Shown: positions 30,001-45,032 of the stretch, piece after piece
Position numbering within the stretch: the stretch's first letter is position 1
How the letters are laid out: the number at the start of each line of letters is the position of its first letter
NCBI GenBank assembly: GCA_964016885.1
Contig: OZ024742.1
Location: 370,946,001-371,010,000, forward strand
DNA: 64,000 bases
Direction of reading: 5' to 3'
DNA from: Eledone cirrhosa
Taxonomy: Eukaryota
Position numbers and translations under genes: made by a program
The notes under the pieces: model-generated
What the model was told of the DNA's origin: nothing
What the model saw: only the letters and a program-made list of their open reading frames with translations
Database searches by the model: none

Positions 30001-33000
30001 GCAGTGTGTTAGACAGTGTCACCTTAGCTGAGCAATGAAAACAGACATCTGGCCTTCAGCAGTGTGTTAGACAGCGTCACCTTAGCTGAGCTATGAAAAC
30101 ACACATCTGGCCTTCAGCAGTGTGTTAGACAGGGTTACCTTAGCTGAGCAATGAAAACACACATATGGCCTTCAGCAGTGTGTTAGACAGTGTCACCTTA
30201 GCTGAGCAATGAAAACACACATATGGCCTTCAGCAGTATGTTAGACAGTGTCACCTTAGCTGAGCAATGAAAACACGCCTCTGGCCTTCAGCAGTGTGTT
30301 AGACAGTGTCACCTTAGCTGAGCAATGAAAACACACATCTGGCCTTCAGCAGTGTGTTAGACAGTGTCACCTTAGCTGAGCAATGAAAACACGCCTCTGG
30401 CCTTCCGCAGTGTGTTAGACAGTGTCACCTTAGCTGAGCAATGAAAACACACCTCTGGTCTTCAGCAGTGTGTTAGACAGTGTCAACTTAGCTGAGCAAT
30501 GAAAACACGCCTCTGGCCTTCAGCAGTGTGTTAGACAGTGTCACCTTAGCTGAGCAATGAAAACACGCCTCTGGCCTTCAGCAGTGTGTTAGACAGTGTC
30601 ACCTTAGCTGAGCAATGAAAACACGCCTCTTGCTTTCAGCAGTGTGTTAGACTGTGTCACCTTAGCTGAGCAATGAAAACACACATCTGGCCTTCAGCAG
30701 TGTGTTAGACAATGTCACCTTAGCTGAGCAATGAAAACACACATCTGGCCTTCAGCAGTGTGTTAGACAGTGTCACCTTAGCTGAACAGTGAAAACAAGC
30801 CTCTGGCCTTCAGCAGTGTGTTAGACAGTGTCACCTTAGCTGAGCAATGAAAACACACATCTGGCCTTCAGCAGTGTGTTAGACAGTGTCGCCTTAGCTG
30901 AGCAATGAAAACACACATCTGGCCTTCAGCAGTGTGTTAGACAGTGTCACCTTAGCTGAGCAATGAAAACACGCCTCTGGCCTTCAGCAGTGTGTTAGAC
31001 AGTGTCACCTTAGCTGAGCAATGAAAACACACATCTGGCCTTCAGCAGTGTGTTAGACAGTGTCACCTTAGCTGAGCAATGAAAACGCACCTCTGGGCTT
31101 CAGCAGTGTGTTAGGCAGTGTCACCTTAGCTGAGCAATGAAAAAACAACTCTGGCCTTCAGCAGTGTGTTAGACAGTGTCACCTTACCTGAGCAATGAAA
31201 ACATACCTCTGGGCTTTAGCAGTGTGTTAGACAGTGTCACCTTAGCTGAGCAATGAAAACACACATCTGGTCTTCAGCAGTGTGTTAGACAGTGTCACCT
31301 GAGCTGAGCAATGAAAACACACATATGGCCTTGAGCAGTGTGTTAGACAGTGTCACCTTAGCTGGGCAATGAAAACACACATCTGGTCTTCAGCAGTGTG
31401 TTAGACAGTGTCACCTTAGCTGAGCAATGAAAACACACATATGGCCTTCAGCAGTATGTTAGACAGTGTCACCTTAGCTGAGCAATGAAAACACGCCTCT
31501 GGCCTTCAGCAGTGTGTTAGAAAGTGTCACCTTAGCTGAACAATGAAAACACACATCTGGCCTTCAGCAGTGTGTTAGACAGTGTCACCTTAGCTGAGCA
31601 ATGAAAACACACATCTGGCCTTCAGCAGTGTGTTAGACAGTGTCACCTTAGCTGAGCAATGAAAACACGCCACTGGCCTTCAGCAGTGTGTTAGACAGTG
31701 TCACCTTAGCTGAGCAATGGAAACACACCTCTAGCCTTCAGCAGTGTGTTAGACAGTGTCACCTTAGCTGAGCAATGGAAACACACCTCTGGCCTTCAGC
31801 AGTGTGTTAGGCAGTGTCACCTTAGCTGAGCAATGAAAACGCACCTCTGGGCTTCAGCAGTGTGTTAGACAGTGTCACCTTAGCTGAACAATGAAAAAAC
31901 ACCTCTGGCCTTCAGCAGTGTGTTAGACAGTGTCACCTTAGCTGAGCAATGAAAACCCCCTCTGGGCTTCAGCAGTATGTTAGACAGTGTCACCTTAGCT
32001 GAGCAAAGAAAACACGCCTCTGGCCTTCAGCAGTGTGTTAGACAGTGTCACCTTAGCTGAATAATGAAAACACACATCTGGCCTTCAGCAGTGTGTTAGA
32101 CAGTGTCACCTTAGCTGAGCAATGAAAACACACATCTGGCCTTCAGCAGTGTGTTACACAGTGTCACCTTAGCTGAGCAATGAAAACACACATCTGGCCT
32201 TCAGCAGTGTGTTAGACAGTGTCACCTTAGCTGAGCAATGAAAACACACATCTGGCCTTCAGCAGTGTGTTAGACAGTGTCACCTTAGCTGAGCAATGAA
32301 AACACACATCTGGCCTTCAGCAGTGTGTTAGACAGTGTCACATTAGCTGAGCAATGAAAACACACATATGGCCTTCAGCAGTATGTTAGACAGTGTCACC
32401 TTAGCTGACCAATGAAAACACGCCTCTGGCCTTCAGCAGTGTGTTAGACAGTGTCACCTTAGCTGAGCAATGAAAACACACATCTGGCCTTCAGCAGTGT
32501 GTTAGACAGTGTCACCTTAGCTGAGCAATGAAAACACACATATGGCCTTCAGCAGTGTGTTAGACAGTGTCACCATAGCTGAGCAATGAAAAGAAACATA
32601 TGGCCTTCAGCAGTATGTTAGACAGTGTCCCCTTAGCTGAGCAATGAAAACACGCCTCTGGCCTTCAGCAGTGTGTTAGACAGTGTCACCTTAGCTGAGC
32701 AATGAAAACACACATCTGGCCTTCAGCAGTGTGTTAGACAGTGTCACCTTAGCTTAGCAATGAAAACACACATCTGGCCTTCAGCAGTGTGTTAGACAGT
32801 GTCACCTTAGCTGAGCAATGAAAACACACATCTGGCCTTCAGCAGTGTGTTAGACAGTGTCACCTTAGCTGAGCAATGAAAACACACATCTGGCCTTCAG
32901 CAGTGTGTTAGACAGTGTCACCTTAGCTGAGCAATGAAAACACACATATAGCCTTCAGCAGTGTGTTAGACAGTGTCACCTTAACTGAGCAATGAAAACA

Positions 33001-36000
33001 AACATATGGCCTTCAGCAGTATGTTAGACAGTGTCACCTTAGCTGAGCAATGAAAACACGCCTCTGGCCTTCAGCAGTGTGTTAGACAGTGTCACCTTAG
33101 CTGAGCAATGAAAACACACATCTGGCCTTCAGCAGTGTGTTAGACAGTGTCACCTTAGCTGAGCAATGAAAACACGCCTCTGGCCTTCAGCAGTGTGTTA
33201 GACAGTGTTACCTTAGCTGAGCAATGAAAACACTCATCTGGCCTTCAGCAGTGTGTTAGACAGTGTCACCTTAGCTGAGCAATGAAAACACACCTCTGGT
33301 CTTCAGCAGTGTGTTAGACAGTGTCAACTTAGCTGAGCAATGAAAACACGCCTCTGGCCTTCAGCAGTATGTTAGACAGTGTCACCTTAGCTGAGCAATG
33401 AAAACACGCCTCTGGCCTTCAGCAGTGTGTTAGACAGTGTCACCTTAGCTGAGCAATGAAAACACGCCTCTGGCCTTCAGCAGTGTGTTAGACAGTGTCA
33501 CCTTAGCTGAGCAATGAAAACACACATCTGGCCTTCAACAGTGTGTTAGACAATATCACCTTAGCTGAGCAATGAAAACACACATCTGGCCTTCAGCAGT
33601 GTGTTAGACAGTGTCACCTTAGCTGAGCAATGAAAACACGCCTCTGGCCTTCAGCAGTGTGTTAGACAGTGTCACCTTAGCTGAGCAATGAAAACACACA
33701 TCTGGCCTTCAGCAGTGTGTTAGACAGTGTCACCTTAGCTGAGCAATGAAAACACACATCTGGCCTTCAGCAGTGTGTTAGACAGTGTCACCTTAGCTGA
33801 GCAATGAAAACACGCCTCTGGCCTTCAGCAGTGTGTTAGACAGTGTTACCTTAGCTCAGCAATGAAAACACACATCTGGCCTTCAGCAGTGTGTTAGACA
33901 GTGTCACCTTAGCTGAACAATGAAAACACACCTCTGGTCTTCAGCAGTGTGTTAGACAGTGTCAACTTAGCTAAGCAATGAAAACACGCCTCTGGCCTTC
34001 AGCAGTGTGTTAGACAGTGTCACCTTAGCTGAGCAATGAAAACACGCCTCTGGCCTTCAGCAGTGTGTTAGACAGTGTCACCTTAGCTGAGCAATGAAAA
34101 CACGCCTCTGGCCTTCAGCAGTGTGTTAGACAGTGTCACCTGAGCTGAGCAATGAAAACACACATCTGGCCTTCAGCAGTGTGCTAGACAATGTCACCTT
34201 AGCTGAGCAATGAAAACACACATCTGGCCTTCAGCAGTGTGTTAGACGATGTCACCTTAGCTGAGCAATGAAAACACACATCTGGCCTTCAGCAGTGTGT
34301 TAGACAGTGTCACCTTAGCTGAGCAATGAAAACACGCCTCTGGCCTTCAGCAGTGTGTTAGACAGTGTCACCTTAGCTGAGCAATGAAAACACACATCTG
34401 GCCTTCAGCAGTGTGTTAGACAGTGTCACCTTAGCTGAGCAATGAAAACACACATCTGGCCTTCAGCAGTGTGTTAGACAGTGTCACCTTAGCTGAGCAA
34501 TGAAAACACACATCTGGCCTTCAGTAGTGTGTTAGACAGTGTCACCTTAGCTGAGCAATGAAAACACACATCTGGCCTTCAGCAGTGTGTTAGACAGTGT
34601 CACCTTAGCTGAGCAATGAAAACACACATCTGGCCTTCAGCAGTGTGTTAGACAGTGTCACCTTAGCTGAGCAATGAAAACACACATCTGGCCTTCAGCA
34701 GTGTGTTAGACAGTGTCACCTTAGCTGAGCAATGAAAACACACATGTGGCCTTCAGCAGTGTGTTAGACAGTGTCACCTTAGCTGAGCAATGAAAACACA
34801 CATCTGGCCTTCAGCAGTGTGTTAGACAGTGTCACCTTAGCTGAGCAATGAAAACACGCCTCTGGCCTTCAGCAGTGTGTTAGACAGTGTTACCTTAGCT
34901 CAGCAATGAAAACACACATCTGGCCTTCAGCAGTGTGTTAGACAGTGTCACCTTAGCTGAACAATGAAAACACACCTCTGGTCTTCAGCAGTGTGTTAGA
35001 CAGTGTCAACTTAGCTGAGCAATGAAAACACGCCTCTGGCCTTCAGCAGTGTGTTAGACAGTGTCACCTTAGCTGAGCAATGAAAACACGCCTCTGGCCT
35101 TCAGCAGTGTGTTAGACAGTGTCACCTTAGCTGAGCAATGAAAACACGCCTCTGGCCTTCAGCAGTGTGTTAGACAGTGTCACCTGAGCTGAGCAATGAA
35201 AACACACATCTGGCCTTCAGCAGTGTGCTAGACAATGTCACCTTAGCTGAGCAATGAAAACACACATCTGGCCTTCAGCAGTGTGTTAGACAGTGTCACC
35301 TTAGCTGAGCAATGAAAACACACATATGGCCTTCAGCAGTGTGTTAGACAGTGTCACCATAGCTGAGCAATGAAAAGAAACATATGGCCTTCAGCAGTAT
35401 GTTAGACAGTGTCCCCTTAGCTGAGCAATGAAAACACGCCTCTGGCCTTCAGCAGTGTGTTAGACAGTGTCACCTTAGCTGAGCAATGAAAACACACATC
35501 TGGCCTTCAGCAGTGTGTTAGACAGTGTCACCTTAGCTTAGCAATGAAAACACACATCTGGCCTTCAGCAGTGTGTTAGACAGTGTCACCTTAGCTGAGC
35601 AATGAAAACACACATCTGGCCTTCAGCAGTGTGTTAGACAGTGTCACCTTAGCTGAGCAATGAAAACACACATCTGGCCTTCAGCAGTGTGTTAGACAGT
35701 GTCACCTTAGCTGAGCAATGAAAACACACATATAGCCTTCAGCAGTGTGTTAGACAGTGTCACCTTAACTGAGCAATGAAAACAAACATATGGCCTTCAG
35801 CAGTATGTTAGACAGTGTCACCTTAGCTGAGCAATGAAAACACGCCTCTGGCCTTCAGCAGTGTGTTAGACAGTGTCACCTTAGCTGAGCAATGAAAACA
35901 CACATCTGGCCTTCAGCAGTGTGTTAGACAGTGTCACCTTAGCTGAGCAATGAAAACACGCCTCTGGCCTTCAGCAGTGTGTTAGACAGTGTTACCTTAG

Positions 36001-39000
36001 CTGAGCAATGAAAACACTCATCTGGCCTTCAGCAGTGTGTTAGACAGTGTCACCTTAGCTGAGCAATGAAAACACACCTCTGGTCTTCAGCAGTGTGTTA
36101 GACAGTGTCAACTTAGCTGAGCAATGAAAACACGCCTCTGGCCTTCAGCAGTATGTTAGACAGTGTCACCTTAGCTGAGCAATGAAAACACGCCTCTGGC
36201 CTTCAGCAGTGTGTTAGACAGTGTCACCTTAGCTGAGCAATGAAAACACGCCTCTGGCCTTCAGCAGTGTGTTAGACAGTGTCACCTTAGCTGAGCAATG
36301 AAAACACACATCTGGCCTTCAACAGTGTGTTAGACAATATCACCTTAGCTGAGCAATGAAAACACACATCTGGCCTTCAGCAGTGTGTTAGACAGTGTCA
36401 CCTTAGCTGAGCAATGAAAACACGCCTCTGGCCTTCAGCAGTGTGTTAGACAGTGTCACCTTAGCTGAGCAATGAAAACACACATCTGGCCTTCAGCAGT
36501 GTGTTAGACAGTGTCACCTTAGCTGAGCAATGAAAACACACATCTGGCCTTCAGCAGTGTGTTAGACAGTGTCACCTTAGCTGAGCAATGAAAACACGCC
36601 TCTGGCCTTCAGCAGTGTGTTAGACAGTGTTACCTTAGCTCAGCAATGAAAACACACATCTGGCCTTCAGCAGTGTGTTAGACAGTGTCACCTTAGCTGA
36701 ACAATGAAAACACACCTCTGGTCTTCAGCAGTGTGTTAGACAGTGTCAACTTAGCTGAGCAATGAAAACACGCCTCTGGCCTTCAGCAGTGTGTTAGACA
36801 GTGTCACCTTAGCTGAGCAATGAAAACACGCCTCTGGCCTTCAGCAGTGTGTTAGACAGTGTCACCTTAGCTGAGCAATGAAAACACGCCTCTGGCCTTC
36901 AGCAGTGTGTTAGACAGTGTCACCTGAGCTGAGCAATGAAAACACACATCTGGCCTTCAGCAGTGTGCTAGACAATGTCACCTTAGCTGAGCAATGAAAA
37001 CACACATCTGGCCTTCAGCAGTGTGTTAGACGATGTCACCTTAGCTGAGCAATGAAAACACACATCTGGCCTTCAGCAGTGTGTTAGACAGTGTCACCTT
37101 AGCTGAGCAATGAAAACACGCCTCTGGCCTTCAGCAGTGTGTTAGACAGTGTCACCTTAGCTGAGCAATGAAAACACACATCTGGCCTTCAGCAGTGTGT
37201 TAGACAGTGTCACCTTAGCTGAGCAATGAAAACACACATCTGGCCTTCAGCAGTGTGTTAGACAGTGTCACCTTAGCTGAGCAATGAAAACACACATCTG
37301 GCCTTCAGTAGTGTGTTAGACAGTGTCACCTTAGCTGAGCAATGAAAACACACATCTGGCCTTCAGCAGTGTGTTAGACAGTGTCACCTTAGCTGAGCAA
37401 TGAAAACACACATCTGGCCTTCAGCAGTGTGTTAGACAGTGTCACCTTAGCTGAGCAATGAAAACACACATCTGGCCTTCAGCAGTGTGTTAGACAGTGT
37501 CACCTTAGCTGAGCAATGAAAACACACATGTGGCCTTCAGCAGTGTGTTAGACAGTGTCACCTTAGCTGAGCAATGAAAACACACATCTGGCCTTCAGCA
37601 GTGTGTTAGACAGTGTCACCTTAGCTGAGCAATGAAAACACGCCTCTGGCCTTCAGCAGTGTGTTAGACAGTGTTACCTTAGCTCAGCAATGAAAACACA
37701 CATCTGGCCTTCAGCAGTGTGTTAGACAGTGTCACCTTAGCTGAACAATGAAAACACACCTCTGGTCTTCAGCAGTGTGTTAGACAGTGTCAACTTAGCT
37801 GAGCAATGAAAACACGCCTCTGGCCTTCAGCAGTGTGTTAGACAGTGTCACCTTAGCTGAGCAATGAAAACACGCCTCTGGCCTTCAGCAGTGTGTTAGA
37901 CAGTGTCACCTTAGCTGAGCAATGAAAACACGCCTCTGGCCTTCAGCAGTGTGTTAGACAGTGTCACCTGAGCTGAGCAATGAAAACACACATCTGGCCT
38001 TCAGCAGTGTGCTAGACAATGTCACCTTAGCTGAGCAATGAAAACACACATCTGGCCTTCAGCAGTGTGTTAGACGATGTCACCTTAGCTGAGCAATGAA
38101 AACACACATCTGGCCTTCAGCAGTGTGTTAGACAGTGTCACCTTAGCTGAGCAATGAAAACACGCCTCTGGCCTTCAGCAGTGTGTTAGACAGTGTCACC
38201 TTAGCTGAGCAATGAAAACACACATCTGGCCTTCAGCAGTGTGTTAGACAGTGTCACCTTAGCTGAGCAATGAAAACACACATCTGGCCTTCAGCAGTGT
38301 GTTAGACAGTGTCACCTTAGCTGAGCAATGAAAACACACATCTGGCCTTCAGTAGTGTGTTAGACAGTGTCACCTTAGCTGAGCAATGAAAACACACATC
38401 TGGCCTTCAGCAGTGTGTTAGACAGTGTCACCTTAGCTGAGCAATGAAAACACACATCTGGCCTTCAGCAGTGTGTTAGACAGTGTCACCTTAGCTGAGC
38501 AATGAAAACACACATCTGGCCTTCAGCAGTGTGTTAGACAGTGTCACCTTAGCTGAGCAATGAAAACACACATGTGGCCTTCAGCAGTGTGTTAGACAGT
38601 GTCACCTTACCTGAGCAATGAAAACACACATCTGGCCTTCAGCAGTGTGTTAGACAGTGTCACCTTACCTGAGCAATGAAAACATACCTCTGGGCTTCAG
38701 GAGTGTGTTAGACAGTGTCACCTTAGCTGAGCAATGAAAACACACATCTGGCCTTCAGCAGTGTGTTAGACAGTGTCACCTTAGCTGAGCAATGAAAACG
38801 CACCTCTGGGCTTCAGCAGTGTGTTAGACAGTGTCACCTTAGCTGAGCAATGAAAAAACACCTCTGGCCTTCAGCAGTGTGTTAGACAGTGTCACCTTAC
38901 CTGAGCAATGAAAACATACCTCTGGTCTTCAGCAGTGTGTTAGACAGTGTCACCTTAGCTGAGCAATGAAAACACACATCTGGTCTTCAGCAGTGTGTTA

Positions 39001-42000
39001 GACAGTGTCACCTGAGCTGAGCAATGAAAACACACATATGGCCTTGAGCAGTGTGTTAGACAGTGTCACCTTAGCTGGGCAATGAAAACACAGATCTGGT
39101 CTTCAGCAGTGTGTTAGACAGTGTCACCTTAGCTGAGCAATGAAAACACACATATGGCCTTCAGTAGTATGTTAGACAGTGTCACCTTAGCTGAGCAAAG
39201 AAAACACGCCTCTGGCCTTCAGCAGTGTGTTAGAAAGTGTCACCTTAGCTGAACAATGAAAACACACATCTGGCCTTCAGCAGTGTGTTAGACAGTGTCA
39301 CCTTAGCTGAGCAATGAAAACACACATCTGGCCTTCAGCAGTGTGTTAGACAGTGTCACCTTAGCTGAGCAAAGAAAACACGTCTCTGGCCTTCAGCAGT
39401 GCGTTAGACAGTGTCACCTTAGCTGAGCAATGAAAACACACATCTGGCCTTCAGCAGTGTGTTAGACAGTGTCACCTTAGCTGAGCAATGAAAACACACA
39501 TCTGGCCTTCAGCAGTGTGTTAGACAGTGTCACATTAGCTGAGCAATGAAAACACACATCTGGTCTTCAGCAGTGTGTTAGACAGTGTCACCTTAGCTGA
39601 GCAATGAAAACACACATCTGGCCTTCAGCAGTGTGTTAGACAGCGTCACCTTAGCTAAGCTATGAAAACACACATCTGGCCTTCAGCAGTGTGTTAGACA
39701 GGGTTACCTTAGCTGAGCAATGAAAACAGACATATGGCCTTCAGCAGTGTGTTAGACAGTGTCACCTTAGCTGAACAATGAAAAAAAACATCTGACCTTC
39801 AGCAGTGTGTTAAACAGTGTCACCTTAGCTGAGCAATGAAAACACACATCTGGCCTTCAGCAGTGTGTTAGACAGTGTCACCTTAGCTGAGCAATGAAAA
39901 CACGCCTCTGGCCTTCCGCAGTGTGTTAGACAGTGTCACCTTAGCTGAGCAATGAAAACACACCTCTGGTCTTCAGCAGTGTGTTAGACAGTGTCAACTT
40001 AGCTGAGCAATGAAAACACGCCTCTGGCCTTCAGCAGTGTGTTAGACAGTGTCACCTTAGCTGAGCAATGAAAACACGCCTCTGGCCTTCAGCAGTGTGT
40101 TAGACAGTGTCACCTTAGCTGAGCAATGAAAACACGCCTCTTGCCTTCAGCAGTGTGTTAGACTGTGTCACCTTAGCTGAGCAATGAAAACACACATCTG
40201 GCCTTCAGCAGTGTGTTAGACAATGTCACCTTAGCTGAGCAATGAAAACACACATCTGGCCTTCAGCAGTGTGTTAGACAGTGTCACCTTAGCTGAGCAA
40301 TGAAAACAAGCCTCTGGCCTTCAGCAGTGTGTTAGACAGTGTCACCTTAGCTGAGCAATGAAAACACACATCTGGCCTTCAGCAGTGTGTTAGACAGTGT
40401 CGCCTTAGCTGAGCAATGAAAACACACATCTGGCCTTCAGCAGTGTGTTAGACAGTGTCACCTTAGCTGAGCAATGAAAACACGCCTCTGGCCTTCAGCA
40501 GTGTGTTAGACAGTGTCACCTTAGCTGAGCAATGAAAACACACATCTGGCCTTCAGCAGTGTGTTAGACAGTGTCACCTTAGCTGAGCAATGAAAACGCA
40601 CCTCTGGGCTTCAGCAGTGTGTTAGACAGTGTCACCTTAGCTGAGCAATGAAAAAACACCTCTGGCCTTCAGCAGTGTGTTAGACAGTGTCACCTTACCT
40701 GAGCAATGAAAACATACCTCTGGGCTTCAGCAGTGTGTTAGACAGTGTCACCTTAGCTGAGCAATGAAAACACACATCTGGTCTTCAGCAGTGTGTTAGA
40801 CAGTGTCACCGGAGCTGAGCAATGAAAACACACATATGGCCTTGAGCAGTGTGTTAGACAGTTTCACCTTAGCTGGGCAATGAAAACACACATCTGGTCT
40901 TCAGCAGTGTGTTAGACAGTGTCACCTTAGCTGAGCAATGAAAACACGCCTCTGGCCTTCAGCTGTGTGTTAGACAGTGTCACCTTAGCTGAGCAATGAA
41001 AACACACATATGGCCTTCAGCAGTGTGTTAGACAGTGTCACCTTAGCTGAGCAATGAAAACACACATATGGCCTTCAGCAGTATGTTAGACAGTGTCACC
41101 TTAGCTGAGCAAAGAAAACACGCCTCTGGCCTTCAGCAGTGTGTTAGACAGTGTCACCTTAGCTGAATAATGAAAACACACATCTGGCCTTCAGCAGTGT
41201 GTTAGACAGTGTCACCTTAGCTGAGCAATGAAAACACACATCTGGCCTTCAGCAGTGTGTTAGACAGTGTCACATTAGCTGAGCAATGAAAACACACATC
41301 TGGTCTTCAGCAGTGTGTTAGACAGTGTCACCTTAGCTGAGCAATGAAAACACACATCTGGCCTTCAGCAGTGTGTTAGACAGCGTCACCTTAGCTGAGC
41401 TATGAAAACACACATCTGGCCTTCAGCAGTGTGTTAGACAGGGTTACCTTAGCTGAGCAATGAAAACACACATATGGCCTTCAGCAGTGTGTTAGACAGT
41501 GTCACCTTAGCTGAGCAATGAAAACACACATATGGCCTTCAGCAGTATGTTAGACAGTGTCACCTTAGCTGAGCAATGAAAACACGCCTCTGGCCTTCAG
41601 CAGTGTGTTAGACAGTGTCACCTTAGCTGAACAATGAAAACACACATCTGACCTTCAGCAGTGTGTTAAACAGTGTCACCTTAGCAGAGCAATGAAAACA
41701 CACATCTGGCCTTCAGCAGTGTGTTAGACTGTGTCACCTTAGCTGAGCAATGAAAACACGCCTCTGGCCTTCCACAGTGTGTTAGACAGTGTCACCTTAG
41801 CTGAGCAATGAAAACACACCTCTGGTCTTCAGCAGTGTGTTAGACAGTGTCAACTTAGCTGAGCAATGAAAACACGCCTCTGGCCTTCAGCAGTGTGTTA
41901 GACAGTGTCACCTTAGCTGAGAAATGAAAACACGCCTCTGGCCTTCAGCAGTGTGTTAGACAGTGTCACCTTAGCTGAGCAATGAAAACACGCCTCTTGC

Positions 42001-45000
42001 CTTCAGCAGTGTGTTAGACTGTGTCACCTTAGCTGAGCAATGAAAACACACATCTGGCCTTCAGCAGTGTGTTAGACAATGTCACCTTAGCTGAGCAATG
42101 AAAACACACATCTGGCCTTCAGCAGTATGTTAGACAGTGTCACCTTAGCTGAGCAATGAAAACAAGCCTCTGGCCTTCAGCAGTGTGTTAGACAGTGTCA
42201 CCTTAGCTGAGCAATGAAAACACACATCTGGCCTTCAGCAGTGTGTTAGACAGTGTCGCCTTAGCTGAGCAATGAAAACACACATCTGGCCTTCAGCAGT
42301 ATGTTAGACAGTGTCACCTTAGCTGAGCAATGAAAACGCACCTCTGGGCTTCAGCAGTGTGTTAGACAGTGTCACCTTAGCTGAGCAATGAAAAAACACC
42401 TCTGGCCTTCAGCAGTGTGTTAGACAGTGTCACCTTAGCTGAGCAATGAAAACATACCTCTGGGCTTCAGCAGTGTGTTAGACAGTGTCACCTTAGCTGA
42501 GCAATGAAAACACACATCTGGTCTTCAGCAGTGTGTTAGACAGTGTCACCTGAGCTGAGCAATGAAAACACACATATGGCCTTAAGCAGTGTGTTAGACA
42601 GTGTCACCTTAGCTGGGCAATGAAAACACACATCTGGTCTTCAGCAGTGTGTTAGACAGTGTCACCTTAGCTGAGCAATGAAAACACGCTTCTGGCCTTC
42701 AGCTGTGTGTTAGACAGTGTCACCTTAGCTGAGCAATGAAAACACACATATGGCCTTCAGCAGTGTGTTAGACACTGTCACCTTAGCTGAGCAATGAAAA
42801 CACACATATGGCCTTCAGCAGTATGTTAGACAGTGTCACCTTAGCTGAGCAAAGAAAACACGCCTCTGGCCTTCAGCAGTGTGTTAGACAGTGTCACCTT
42901 AGCTGAATAATGAAAACACACATCTGGCCTTCAGCAGTGTGTTAGACAGTGTCACCTTAGCTGAGCAATGAAAACAAACATATGGCCTTCAGCAGTATGT
43001 TAGACAGTGTCACCTTAGCTGAGCAATGAAAACACACATCTGGCCTTCAGCAGTGTGTTAGACAGTGTCACCTTAGCTGAGCAATGAAAACACGCCTCTG
43101 GCGTTCAGCAGTGTGTTAGACAGTGTTACCTTAGCTGAGCAATGAAAACACACATCTGGCCTTCAGCAGTGTGTTAGACAGTGTCACCTTAGCTGAGCAA
43201 TGAAAACACACATCTGGTCTTCAGCAGTGTGTTAGACAGTGTCAACTTAGCTGAGCAATGAAAACACGCCTCTGGCCTTCAGCAGTATGTTAGACAGCGT
43301 CACCTTAGCTGAGCAATGAAAACACGCCTCTGGCCTTCAGCAGTGTGTTAGACAGTGTCACCTTAGCTGAGCAATGAAAACACACATCTGGCCTTCAGCA
43401 GTGTGTTAGACAGTGTCACCTTAGCTGAGCAATGAAAACACACATCTGGCCTTCAGCAGTGTGTTAGACAGTGTCACCTTAGCTGAGCAATGAAAACACG
43501 CCTCTGGCCTTCAGCAGTGTGTTAGACAGTGTTACCTTAGCTGAGCAATGAAAACACACATCTGGCCTTCAGTAGTGTGTTAGACAGTGTCACCTTAGCT
43601 GAACAATGAAAACACACCTCTGGTCTTCAGCAGTGTGTTAGACAGTGTCAACTTAGCTGAGCAATGAAAACACGCCTCTGGCCTTCAGCAGTATGTTAGA
43701 CAGTGTCACCTTAGCTGAGCAATGAAAACACGCCTCTGGCCTTCAGCAGTGTGTTAGACAGTGTCACCTTAGCTGAGCAATGAAAACACGCCTCTGGCCT
43801 TCAGCAGTGTGTTAGACAGTGTCACCTGAGCTGAGCAATGAAAACACACATCTGGCCTTCAGCAGTGTGCTAGACAATGTCACCTTAGCTGAGCAATGAA
43901 AACACACATCTGGCCTTCAGCAGTGTGTTAGACGATGTCACCTTAGCTGAGCAATGAAAACACACATCTGGCCTTCAGCAGTGTGTTAGACAGTGTCACC
44001 TTAGCTGAGCAATGAAAACACGCCTCTGGCCTTCAGCAGTGTGTTAGACAGTGTCACCTTAGCTGAGCAATGAAAACACACATCTGGCCTTCAGCAGTGT
44101 GTTAGACAGTGTCACCTTAGCTGAGCAATGAAAACACACATCTGGCCTTCAGCAGTGTGTTAGACAGTGTCACCTTAGCTGAGCAATGAAAACACACATC
44201 TGGCCTTCAGCAGTGTGTTAGACAGTGTCACCTTAGCTGAGCATGAAAACACACATCTGGCCTTCAGCAGTGTGTTAGACAGTGTCACCTTAGCTGAGCA
44301 ATGAAAACACACATCTGGCCTTCAGCAGTGTGTTAGACAGTGTCACCTTAGCTGAGCAATGAAAACACACATCTGGCCTTCAGCAGTGTGTTAGACAGTG
44401 TCACCTTAGCTGAGCAATGAAAACACACATGTGGCCTTCAGCAGTGTGTTAGACAGTGTCACCTTACCTGAGCAATGAAAACACACATCTGGCCTTCAGC
44501 AGTGTGTTAGACAGTGTCACCTTAGTTGAGCAATGAAAACACGCCTCTGGCCTTCAGCAGTGTGTTAGACAGTGTCACCTTAGCTGAGCAATGAAAACAC
44601 ACATCTGGCCTTCAGCAGTGTGTTAGACAGTGTCACCTTAGCTGAGCAATGAAAACACACATCTGGCCTTCAGCAGTGTGTTAGACAGTGTCACCTTAGC
44701 TGAGCAATGAAAACACACATCTGGCCTTCAGCAGTGTGTTAGACAGTGTCACCTTAGCTGAGCAATGAAAACACACATCTGGCCTTCAGCAGTGTGTTAG
44801 ACAGTGTCACCTTAGCTGAGCAATGAAAACACACATCTGGCCTTCAGCAGTGTGTTAGACAGTGTCACCTTAGCTGAGCAATGAAAACACACATCTGGCC
44901 TTCAGCAGTGTGTTAGACAGTGTCACCTTAGCTGAGCAATGAAAACACACATCTGGCCTTCAGCAGTGTGTTAGACAGTGTCACCTTAGCTGAGCAATGA

Positions 45001-45032
45001 AAACACGCCTCTGGCCATCAGCAGTGTGTTAG
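1..45032. repeat. 58-bp tandem satellite array, about 775 monomers, running off the left edge of the window
   Basis: Consensus AGCAATGAAAACACACATCTGGCCTTCAGCAGTGTGTTAGACAGTGTCACCTTAGCTG recurs at 1, 59, 117 and so on. All monomers are head-to-tail in one orientation. Occasional 57-bp monomers occur (CTGACAATG). The last partial unit ends ...GTGTGTTAG at 45032. Confidence 0.99.

Noticed and set aside
1-45032. CRISPR-like array (constant repeat with a variable segment)
   Set aside because: The variable positions are point variants of one sequence, not unique spacers. There are no cas genes and the context is eukaryotic.
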